The notes under the pieces were generated by a model. That model saw only the letters and a program-made list of their open reading frames with translations. It had not been told where the DNA came from and did not search any database. A stretch of 64,000 nucleotides of DNA, from contig CM082581.2 of assembly GCA_040954595.2 (NCBI GenBank), positions 12,584,286 to 12,648,285 of the forward strand. The letters are read 5' to 3'. This document shows positions 39,198 through 50,332 of this stretch, in pieces. The number at the start of each line of letters is the position of its first letter. Within the stretch, counting starts at the first letter, position 1. The stretch comes from Balanoglossus misakiensis (taxonomy: Eukaryota; Animalia; Hemichordata). The translations under genes were made by a program, and so were the position numbers.

Positions 39198-40638
39198 TTA
39201 ACCCATGGCCAATACAACATCGTACTGACTACGTAATTGACTGGAACCAAGATCTGTACATGCCACCAACACGTGAGACGTTAGATAATCACATCACACG
39301 CGCAGCCGCCCTCTCTGGCGGGCTGGGTTTATCCCGGTTTCATGAACTATCTATAGGCATAAGTCAAAGTGGACATCGTACTGTGGTAAACATTGCGTTC
39401 TGGGCTTTTTACATAATCTCGCAACGCAGCGCACTATTCTCGGTACAACTGCGCCAACTGCTCGATTGCCAGACAGAGAGATACGAAGATATGAATTTGT
39501 TAAAGTTTGAGCGTGATTGAATTTTTTTATCGTGCGATAGATAACGTCTATCCAACTGATTAGGTTTAGCAAAATCCGGGAGGTTTTTAACAAAAAGAAG
39601 CGTGCCTAACGCAGAGCTTTAGCATAATATTAATACACCAGAACGTTCAAAATACAGAGAAAATATAGCAGATATATTGTGTAGCCATGGAGATGACAGG
39701 TTGCAGTGCATTAACAATAGAAAGAAAAATGAAAGCAAGTGGGCGGGGAAAGAGGGAAGGAAAACTACACAAAACGAAAGAATGAAAGAGCAATTCTGAA
39801 GATCTTCCATGCCGTGGGAACAATTCCAATTTGCGGTCATTGAACTCTGATTTAACACCAGCCTTTTTACATCTCTGTAATGGCACAACAAGTGGTGAAT
39901 TTTGTCCATTGTAGCGGGGGCCCTTTATCGCACACAGTTTGGTATGGTTCCGAAGGGTGTTGAAATGCGCGATTGTTTAGCGCTTTATCGACTATCGCGA
40001 CTCACTCAAGTATACGAATCTTAAACCAAAAGTCAAAAGCTAATTGGGACGCATTCCCAGTTTTGTTTGTCCGACCTATCGCGAACGATAGCTGGCTTGA
40101 TTCAGCGCAAAGACCCATTAATGATTGTTGACACAAAACATCTCGCGATTCGATGAGCAACTGAAGGCACCTCTCTCTCTCTTAGCACATTGTAGTTACT
40201 CGTCGTTACTTGTGACAGGTTTTGCTGTGACTGGTTTCAACACAGATTTTAGTGTGTGCTGTTGACATTTCAGAAGTTTGCTCTGCAACTGCGAATAAAT
40301 GGTTTTGAGAGACAAATGGCTTGCAAATGTACAAGTGTACAAGTGTCTGGCGCAACTGTTCCGTACTAAACACAGATGAATCACTTGCAAAAAGAACAAC
40401 GTATGTAAATAACACCTACGTTCAGACAATCAATCAGTCAGTCAGACAGACAGACTCGATTGTTTTCAATAGGACAGGGTGGCCTTCTTCGTTTTAAAAA
40501 AATGATGCATTTAACAATGCTGTTTACTGATAACACTTTAAAGATTTTGGAAACAGGTGGCAGTCAACCATATACTTAACGTCATACATGATTGACCTTG
40601 CGGTCAATTGTCTCGTGGAAGTACCATCATTGCTCGTC

Positions 40639-40652
40639 GTAACCATGGTTAC
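40639..40652. promoter_or_regulatory. X-box (RFX)-like perfect palindrome GTAACCATGGTTAC
   Basis: 14-bp palindrome resembling the RFX X-box consensus; function not shown. Confidence 0.3.
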
Positions 40653-43600
40653 ATGTCAATCTAAGGCCATGAGACCGATTTTGTAAATGAACCATGTTAC
40701 AACCCATAACTGCAGTGCCCTTGAATTTTTTACGCATGGAGTATCTAGTTGTTGCTTTCTGTGGCACAGTGCGGCGTTGTGAATTTGACCTGAGAAAAAT
40801 CCGTAGAAGCTCAGTCGGTGTATCGTTCTGTGTTTATTTGACAATGTGAAGCTGTCAAGTTCTACAATTCTAGGGCACGCATGTCACCCTGAAAGATGTT
40901 TATTTGGCCGTCTTGACATTGTCCTTAGGCGACGTTTTCTGTCAGCGCAATCGATCGCCACCTGGTCAAGTGCTGCCCCCCAAAAGACTGTATTAATGAA
41001 CTGTGTCTTTCGATTGAGATCTTGATATGATAGAAAAGAAGGTAGATTTATTGGTTTTGAGAAAAGAGCCTCGTTTGTCACCCTGGAAAGATTTATAACC
41101 ACCGATTACCGCCGAACATGTATAGTTTTGACCTCTGACCAGTATGTCAACATAGCAGACATCGTCGGAAGGTTGAGACAGGTCAACGACTCGTGAAATC
41201 AAAATGTACTAACTTGAGGAAATTGGTTGACAACGACTTAACTTTTAACAATAGCTTTGCATCGTATATTCAGAGTCTCTCACAAACTTGTATTCCCGCT
41301 TAAAGTTTTAATTGAAAAGGGTCGAGTCTATTTCTGAGTCTCCATGGTGACAGTGTTGATGAGGAAGCGAGACAAAACTGTGATGTTTGATCGATATGTA
41401 TGTTACCTTCTTAGATGTGCCAAAGATAAAAAAAGTGTTGTGATCTCCAAACAATGTGCAATCCGACAAGATATAAAGGAAACAAAAGACAGATTGGCTT
41501 TTTTGCTCCTTCCAAGGGGTCGTAGGGAACTTGCAAGAATCAACAAGTGGTTAATGGGCCTGCGCCACCAAAATTGATGACATTGACTTATGCATTTTCT
41601 ATTCATTGCTTTGACTTAGGCCAGACCTCGGAAGTCAAGTACTTCACAATTCATCCCCTTTGAACAAAGTGTGAACCCACGTTCAAGTACATTTCGGAAT
41701 CTATTGTATTGGTGTGCTTCTTGAAATCAAGGTGAACGCACGAATGTTAAGCTTTCATGCCCCAAGATTTAACACATCAGATAAACTAATCCGAGCTTTA
41801 GGGACCGATGAAGATTTGGTTCTCAAAGTCGACAAGCCTCCGCAAGATTATCGCTTTGAAAGGGATTAAGATCTTCGCATGTCACATAAAGTAGGCCACA
41901 AAGGTTTGCTTATATAGATTAATATAGACCGATGAAATTTCGATAGTATTTCAGCAAGTGCCGCGTATATTTTGTATGAACAGTTTCAGCACTTAAATGA
42001 CAATATTTATATATAATCTTCGAAAAGATAAGCTAATCATGGCCTCGGCACCTCCCCGTCGATATCGCTGTGTATCATCGACAAGGTCGAAATATAGACA
42101 ATCACGAAGTCATGTGACCGAAGACCTACTGACCATAGGGTGTCACATCAAACATCGCAGTCGTTCTTCCCCTACTACACCGAAACATCCACAAATACTG
42201 TTGCATTATTAGATTTCTCAGTCGATTTCTATTTTTTCTGACTGAAAATGTGAAACGTTTCTCATTTTAGATTGACATCATTTGTCTTGTAAGACGGTAT
42301 GCGCTAAGGTAGACGGTATTGATCGCAGGACCTCCGGTGACACCTGTCAATCACGAGACATTTTATCGATTCAAGTTGTTGTGAGGATCGATGGTTGATA
42401 AGTTTGTTCGAAGTCGGTCTGCACTTGTTCGACCAAGCTGTATGGTCATGTGATCACGTTACCATTGTACGGTACTGTTGTGCATTGTACTAACTCTCTC
42501 CTATGGACGTTATTACCAAAACAATCACAATCCACCTCATCCTATCTGTCTCTCCGTGTCAGTCAGTCAGTCTGTCTTTCTGTCTGTCTCGTTCTCAACA
42601 GCAAGAACAATGTGGCGTTAACCACGTCACTTGACTCGGTCGGGAAGTGCCCATCAATCCGGAAAAATACCCCCAAAACTAAAGTGAAACCGATGAGAAT
42701 AGCTGGAAGGCAACTGTAGACAAACACTTCCAAACTGCAGTGGTTGACTAATTGATTGCTGGAACGAAAGGCTAAAAGTATATCAGGCATACCATAACCT
42801 GAATCTCGACATCCCGGGTGATACCCGTAGACTTTGCAAACACACAGTCAATAGATCTCGGTACAACGGTCATTTATATAGATGTGCCGATAACGCCGAT
42901 AACAAAGCATTCCAACGAAGTCGGCATGCGCAAATCCGACATTAAATAGACTTCAAATAAAACTAGGGCGAAAATGATAGAGAGAACGAAAGCTCAAGGC
43001 CAACGTGATATGAACAGAATACAGGGCGGAAAATCAGTAAAGTTCACAGATCGGTCTGTGATCAGAAACGTGTCATGAATTTACATTGTGTGAATTTTTG
43101 CGGTGTAGTGGCAGCATTTTGTCGACGTGGTATGCGCTGCTGTAAAATATCAACGACTATAGGTCTCACTGAGATTATGTATTGTCGGTTTAGACAGTTT
43201 AGTTATCACAGCTGGGCGGATTCCGACTTATAGTGGTTGCTTGCAAGAATACATATATACATACATAAACTGACACCACGTACACACAGAGGTCTGTTCA
43301 AACTCTTTTAATTGTATGTCACAGATTCACCAGGAATCGTTGTTCGTGTTTGATGCTACCCTTATCAACAATAATACGACACTGAAACTTACAAGATAAG
43401 GAATAAATTTACATATTTACAAAGCGCCTAAAACAGAATTGTCCATACAATTTACAAACTTGAAAATATTGCAACCCCACATAATATCAACGATTGTACA
43501 TCTTGATTCTATATTACAACGTAATATTCCTCTCTCATTGGGCAGAATATAAAAATAATGCTTTATCTGTTACAGGTTTACAACACACACAAAATTAGCA

Positions 43601-46600
43601 AGTATATTATTTTACCTATAAACTGGCAAAGACCATGACAACCCGACATATCTTACAAGGAAATAGGAAACATTCTCAAAATATTGCAAACTTGATTATT
43701 TAAACGTTGCATTTCAAGCAGATACAATTGGTCTGTACAGTAGGTCAATGTAGTGGAAAATATGCAAAATTTCGCTTTCGGTGACGATCCATTTTCTTGT
43801 TGATTTTTTATGGATCTTCACAAAATCGTGAAATTGTAAAAATAAACTAATTTTCTCTTGTAAGTAAGTCACCATATTTTATTGTGGATACCGGTGCCAT
43901 AGAAACTGTGAAGTGACATTTTAGCACAACCGGTGCCTATTCAAACTTTACTTCAAAGATGACCGCCACCAGTTTAATAATCCAGTTCATGTCAAATAGG
44001 TCAATCGAGAGGTCTTGCGCATGCTCAGCCTGTATCTGAATTAAAACATTTGTGTATTTTATTTGTGCCTGGATGGCTTTTCTATTGAGAGTGTTTGAAA
44101 TAAAAAAAAATCGAACAATAAACAGTAGCACACACCCAGAGCGCTGAATCTAAATCTTGCAGACCAAAAAAGAGAAAGAAAAAAATTCTGTGGGGGTTTT
44201 CTAAGGCGTTTTGAGGCCGTCATATCAGTGTATGATGATCTTATTCACAACACGGGATTTGTGTAACGTGCAGTAGATATTATACTGGCTAGAATGTTTC
44301 ATAAAGTATGCGGATTTGGTCACGGAATTTGCACTCCTAGAACACAGTGCCAAGAGACGTCAAGCGGAATGAGTGTCAGGCGGCACCGATGTATCACCGC
44401 TCGGGCGTATATGTCGGCGGTCACCTCGATCTCGCTGACCATATAAGGCAGCTGCAAAGTCCACAGGCACGTACGAGACACTGCGCTCAAAGAAACCCCA
44501 ATAACAATTTACAAACACCCACTAAACACCCCTAAACAGCCCACTCACAGAAATACCACAGTTGCCTGGGTTTGCGACGTTCGCCAAAATAAAACAGTGT
44601 TTCTTCTTTTTTTTGGTCTGACCAAGACGAGACAATTGACGCATAATTAGTCACCTCAAACGACCTTGATTCAAGGTAAAATTCCTAATAGCTATCAAAA
44701 TACCATGGTAACAAGGTGATAGCGTGTAAATTACATGGCTTGTTCGTTGCAAACACAAAATTGTCCGTTCGTCAAAAATACACTGTGACAAGTCATTAGT
44801 CACGTGACAGTTGAAAACATCATGTAAATTTATCACTTAAACCACTCAAAATATGAAATGAGATCAAAATTTGACAATACATGTTAATAACGTATTTTAT
44901 AAAAAAAATATGACTATGAAAATTGCACACATAACATAAGAGAACAAACATCAAGTAAATAGTTAAACAATTACTATGGTTACAGATAACCAGCAAATAG
45001 CTTTATTTGCTAAGAGGGTACTCCATCACTGCCAAGTTCAAGTTCGAGCACTTGAGGTTGCCGTGTTATTTATAAGATTAAGGAAAACACACAAATCTTT
45101 GGATTGTGGAGGATAATTGTTAGTGAGTTATTTTGCCGAAATATATATTAACTTTAATGGTTGCAAGGCCTGACACATAGCATGTCGCCATAGTGAGTGT
45201 ATAGGGATATGGTGTAATCGTTGAGACTTGGACATTTTGAGAGGATTAAAATCCTGTACGGTTTCGAAAATTTAAGTATTCATAGGAATTGTTGCTCTCA
45301 GGACGGAAATTTTCAAATCAACAGGTGGTTCGCCCATCCGTCGACGAATAAACAACTTCTCAAAAGCATCTCCACCTGGTGGAATTCATCGCTACCATTT
45401 TTAGTTCCGCAAAGAAATTTCAACTCAGGATAGGAAAAATAATCTACTGAGTTACAGAATGATTTTAATTATAAACATTGAGCAATTTCCGTGCGAAAAG
45501 CGCCCGGTCGATAAAAAGCTTACTGGGAGGTATGCTACAAAATCACGCCATATGTTCTAACAATTTGTAAAGATGTTGCTCATAAAATGTCTTTGATTGA
45601 CAGCTCGCTTATTAAATATGGCGTTCTTATAATTGGTAAAAAGAACCCCTGGACGAGACCAGGGCTTCATTCACAGTTGACCTTCGGTCGTGCGTTCTTT
45701 ATGGTTACCGCAGTCCCCATTGGGTCTGGACATGACAATAAACTTAAGTTATGAGGCCACTGCAACAGTAGGTGTACAGTGGTCGAGACAAAACAGGTCC
45801 AAGTCACCGCAATAAAACCCATTTTAAGCGACTACGAATAAGTAGGGCGGCCGCTTCAGCTCAGTGTACAAGTACACGTACTGCCCTGGTAAAATCGATA
45901 CGCCGGGTCGAAATTTTGAGGGCAGAATTTTGATTGCCGCCAATAACCGCCAGGCCGTTTAGCTCTGTCTATGTGCAGGATACCAGTTTGAGTCTCTTTA
46001 AGTACAACGCGCCGGCGATTTTGACAAGCCTGGTGTGCTAGGGGAAAATACTGAAGCATCCTGACAACTAATGACCCGCGATTTACAACCAAGGCAATAT
46101 GCAATTATGTTGGGTAGACTTACACGCACCGACCCGTACTATGTATAGATATGCGATCCATGGCTAACAATAACGTCCTTGGTAATTATTTTCACAAATA
46201 TACGTAACACAGAGTAGGCTTTATGTGGGTGTCACCCATGATGTCATCTGGATATTGGCATGTGTCCGCCATGTTCTAACACTACATAATACCGCAACGC
46301 AGCCCAGTCTGACTCCCAGTTAAAATGTACTGTTCGAATCAGCTGAGCACCGATGGAATTTTCGCATATTTATCAGAAATAAAAATTATTTAATTTCCAT
46401 ATCATAAATAGCCAAATCAGCTCTAAAGAATTTCTGCGATGTAGCTTGCTCGCCATCGCTGGAACGCACAAGTTGAGTCCGACAAACATCTAATCCACAG
46501 ACTCGTTGTGGCACGTTCGTTCGATAGTATGTTCAGTCGAAGTTGCGCAAGTGTCGCGTCGGCGGTATGTATCTGGCGTTTACATATCTGACTTTACTGT

Positions 46601-47651
46601 TTGGAGCTTAACTGGCGGTCACAATGCAATCCGGGCCCTATTGACAGTCAATATTGCCCCGTTCTCTCGTCTAGCTGCAAAACAAAGTATACTCACTCCC
46701 TCGAGCACATACTACGCATTGGCGAGTTTTTGTTTGTTTGCCACTCAAGCCTTTTTGAAAATCGCGATTGTTTTGGTTGTTTGTGTTGGGTAAAGCAACA
46801 ATCATGTAGATTCCGGCTACTGTGCCGACACGGATGGTGGACCCGGTGGGCTGACAGCGCCACGCCAAGGCGTAACCAGGGCAACATCCAAAACATCCAC
46901 TGTGTCACTCTATTCATTGTCAAACTCGTCGCGTGAATGTACATAGAAAAATGCGGGTAAATAAAAAGAAAATCTGGCGTTCCGCTGCACACTTTACGCA
47001 GCCGGCAGTGCGTTGCGGTTTTCGCAAGGAGGTTAAAAAGGGAACCTCGTTTTAACTCAAATAGGCAGGTCAACGCTCTACATGCCGCATGGCATCGATT
47101 TCGACGCACTTCTGGGTTCACAGCGACCTATTGTGGCGGCCATTGTGTCGTGTCGCCTTCTGGAGCTAGGTTGTCGGTCTTTTTGGTATTCAGTTTCGGG
47201 GAGGCACAAAGCGTACGCCAAACACACAATTGTTCTATCCCAAATACCGTGTTCCTCGTAACGTGCCCTACGGTATCTAAACTGGAGTGGGTAGAAACCA
47301 TACCCCCCTGGCGCACGTACACAGAGCTAAACATTGGAATTTTTAAAGCTAATCCGACAAATCAACGGTCTTTGAATCGTCATCAGCGTCCAAGGGCATT
47401 TGCCGATCGCCGCTGATGAGAAACCTACAGAGACGCGCAGTGTCACAAGTCAGATGATGTTTTCAACTGTCACAAGACTCAAAAATATCTCTGAAAACCG
47501 AGAAACAAAATAAATAAAAGTACACAAAAATTAAATTACACCAGTGTTTAAACTTTTCAATGGTCTTCTCTCAGTGCATCTCGATATGCTAGAACTTGTC
47601 TTTTCAATAACTTTTAGACGAATTACTTACTTCCCACAGTGTTCGTGTAAA

Positions 47652-49031
47652 TTATTCGGTGGGTTCTTCATCATTGGGCTCGAGATATCCACAGAGAACC
47701 CAATTCAATATTTGTCTATTTTTGTCAGGTATTTCATCGTCTTCCTCGCGACTTTGTAAATTTTTTTCCGTCAAGGGAGCACACAACCCACCGTCTCCCG
47801 CGACCACCTCCTCGTCAATGTCGTCTTCGTGTTTCCCCCACGATTCCAGGCGGAATGACGAGTTCAGAAAGTCGATGCTGCGAGGAGTGTCAACAACCAT
47901 CTCGCTCTTCCCTTCCTTCTCGTCGTAGACGAACGTGACTGTCCTGTGTATATTCGGCGGTTGGTCGTAATCGCTCACCGACTCGAATTGCGACGACTTG
48001 TTCGGTGGTGGTTTCGAACTTTTCGAAGGTCTCCTCTCGTTCCTGTTGTAATCCAACTTGGCGTCCCTGTGGTCCACGGGGGCCCGCCACCTGTTGTTGC
48101 TGCCGGTCCTCAGAGTTGGTTTTATAATGGCAGGCTTCTTTCTAGCCAGTTTGCTGTCGTACAGAACGGACTGTTGGTATTTCGTTGCATTGTTTTTCAC
48201 TTTGCTCACTTTGTGGGTATCCACTGCCACGGTCTGCGGACGGACTTGGTCGACGTGGAGTTCGGACGGCACTTCCTCGATGTGAAAAGTTTGTTCGATG
48301 ACGGAGCTCAGGGGGGAGCTATAGTTCGTCATGACACTGATCGGTCGTAGAAGCCTGTCCATCTTGGTCGGCGGACTATTGGAGTTGGGTCCGCTGCTCT
48401 TCGTATGTCCACTGAGCATCGACTCGCCCCCATCGCCGCTGCTTTTTCCCGAGGCGCCTACATCGAAGGATACTCTCCGCTCCGCCGCGGGTATTATTGC
48501 CGGTGAACTGTGGCGTTTGGACAGAAAGGTCGATGAGAAGTCGGTCTTCACCGGACCGCTTCCATTGCTGGCCAAGGAATTCGAACTACCCACATGGCGA
48601 AGAGTCTGCGGCAGAAATCCAGCGACATCTTCCCTGCTCCGATGGAGGTTTTCGTCCTCTGGTTTCGCGGACGCTGATGGTACAGCGGTACCGTTTATCG
48701 GCGGGAACTGTGACTTCGGAGCAGTAGCATTGCTGTGGCGCCTAGCTTTAGCGTCCCTGGTCGTTTGGTTGGCTTTCGACCGCTGTAGTTGGTACAAGTC
48801 GGCTGAAGTATTGGCCCGAATCATGGTCGGCTGTCCCCTGGCCATTTCGCGCGTGTTCCTGGCATCCGAATCCGAGAAATGCCTGTGTCTGCTCGCCGTC
48901 GAGTGGTGATAGCCGAGGATCCGACGTGTCAGAGTGGCCCATCGGGTACCTTCGACGTCTGGCGCCCTTGTTGTCAGCCGTAGCACTGCCTGCGACCACT
49001 TCGTGTCTGTATCGGTATTTGTACCTGGCAT
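47652..49031 (-). CDS. Gene C: uncharacterised Ser/Arg/Thr-rich, probably disordered protein (459 aa); putative PP1 interactor
   Basis: 1380-nt ORF with an in-frame stop immediately before the ATG. Upstream acceptor at 49160 has a perfect TACTAAC branch point (49192-49198, minus strand); candidate donor CAG|GTAAAG at 50750. Motifs RRVSF (48465-48479), RTVTF (47931-47945), RRHS, KRHS, RRPS and C-terminal DKNRQILNWV. Confidence 0.88.
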   Translation of the reverse strand: MPGTNTDTDTKWSQAVLRLTTRAPDVEGTRWATLTRRILGYHHSTASRHRHFSDSDARNTREMARGQPTMIRANTSADLYQLQRSKANQTTRDAKARRHSNATAPKSQFPPINGTAVPSASAKPEDENLHRSREDVAGFLPQTLRHVGSSNSLASNGSGPVKTDFSSTFLSKRHSSPAIIPAAERRVSFDVGASGKSSGDGGESMLSGHTKSSGPNSNSPPTKMDRLLRPISVMTNYSSPLSSVIEQTFHIEEVPSELHVDQVRPQTVAVDTHKVSKVKNNATKYQQSVLYDSKLARKKPAIIKPTLRTGSNNRWRAPVDHRDAKLDYNRNERRPSKSSKPPPNKSSQFESVSDYDQPPNIHRTVTFVYDEKEGKSEMVVDTPRSIDFLNSSFRLESWGKHEDDIDEEVVAGDGGLCAPLTEKNLQSREEDDEIPDKNRQILNWVLCGYLEPNDEEPTE

Positions 49032-49539
49032 TCAGTCCAATTGGCTGACGATGTGATCACGTTTACGTACATCCACCCTCGATGTGGTGGTGAGTCAACA
49101 CCCGCAGATTACGGCTGTAATTTATGCAAGGTAAACAGAGTCCATACCAGCGGCGATACCTGCAAGACATGGCGGACACAAGCACAGATCGGTTAGTAAA
49201 ATGCCCACACCGATTTTATCAATATTTGCCGACGTATTAAACCTTGGAAGGGTAACGTGACCCAGTCAAGCCAGCGGTTTGCCAATCACAGCAGTCGCCG
49301 CAACCTTTCGACTCCGAACACCCACAGCTCAACTGCGATGACACGAGTCAGGAATCACTTTAAAAACGTATTTGCATACAGCGGTTGGGTGAAACCTTCG
49401 TGTGCAAATATATAAGTACGGCATTTGTATTATTTGCTAGAATATGGAGGGGAGAGAACGCAGAACTCGAAGCTATTGTCCCGTTTCTTTGTGAGACCCA
49501 GTCGAGCCCATTCAATGAATGCTATTTATTTTATTTCCA

Positions 49540-49564
49540 TGTTTACAGTGACGTCAAAATGGCG
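49540..49564. promoter_or_regulatory. Candidate Fox + CRE + YY1 motif cluster in the 5' intron of gene C
   Basis: TGTTTAC (49540) and TGACGTCA (49549), the latter overlapping CAAAATGGCG; a second perfect CRE lies at 50511. Confidence 0.35.
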
Positions 49565-50269
49565 ACCTATCCTTAACCCGCTGACTTTTCTATCTTTTAT
49601 TTTGCGCTGACAATGAAAAAGGTGATTGTGCAGTTAGCTCGAAGCTCTCACAGCATTTAAAGGGCCTTATTGAAAGTGGAATGTATCCATCTTGGACCTG
49701 TACCGGCTAACTAGCTTGATTTACTGCAGGTATATGTCTACCTAGAGGGTCCAGCAAAGGTCAAAGTGCGAGTTGGCAAAGTCATCCGTGACAATTCAAC
49801 ATGGTCCACGCACTTTCGATTTATTTTTCTCGGACTCAGAGAAAATATGAAAATAAGCTCTATTACCGAGTGGTATACTACAGTTTTAGCCACTGTGCTG
49901 CAGAAAAGTAATGGTTTTCGCTGTTAATAGAAGTCAGCCAATATTAAATCTGACGCTTGTCATTGTTGGTTTCATTCAAATCTGTCTGCATTATAATAGC
50001 ACGAGCAGTGATGTATTACACATTGGGATTTCGTTTTCGTAATCGGGTTTATATATGTAACATCTGTGTTTGCTTTACATACGCATACATCCATGCATCC
50101 CAACAACACGCAACTTTCTCTCGTGTTCACATATTTGTTCGATAAATCACAGATCGTACGATTTATTCGCAATTCAATGAACCTAGTAAAGAAACACGTT
50201 GCTACACTGAATTTCTATAGACGCTGTTTATGGCCTTGGCGGGATGCTGTTTTATTAGTCGAACAACAA

Positions 50270-50273
<4 letters not shown>

Positions 50274-50330
<57 letters not shown>
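50274..50330. repeat. (CA)n microsatellite
   Basis: Directly visible perfect dinucleotide run. Confidence 0.98.
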
Positions 50331-50332
<2 letters not shown>

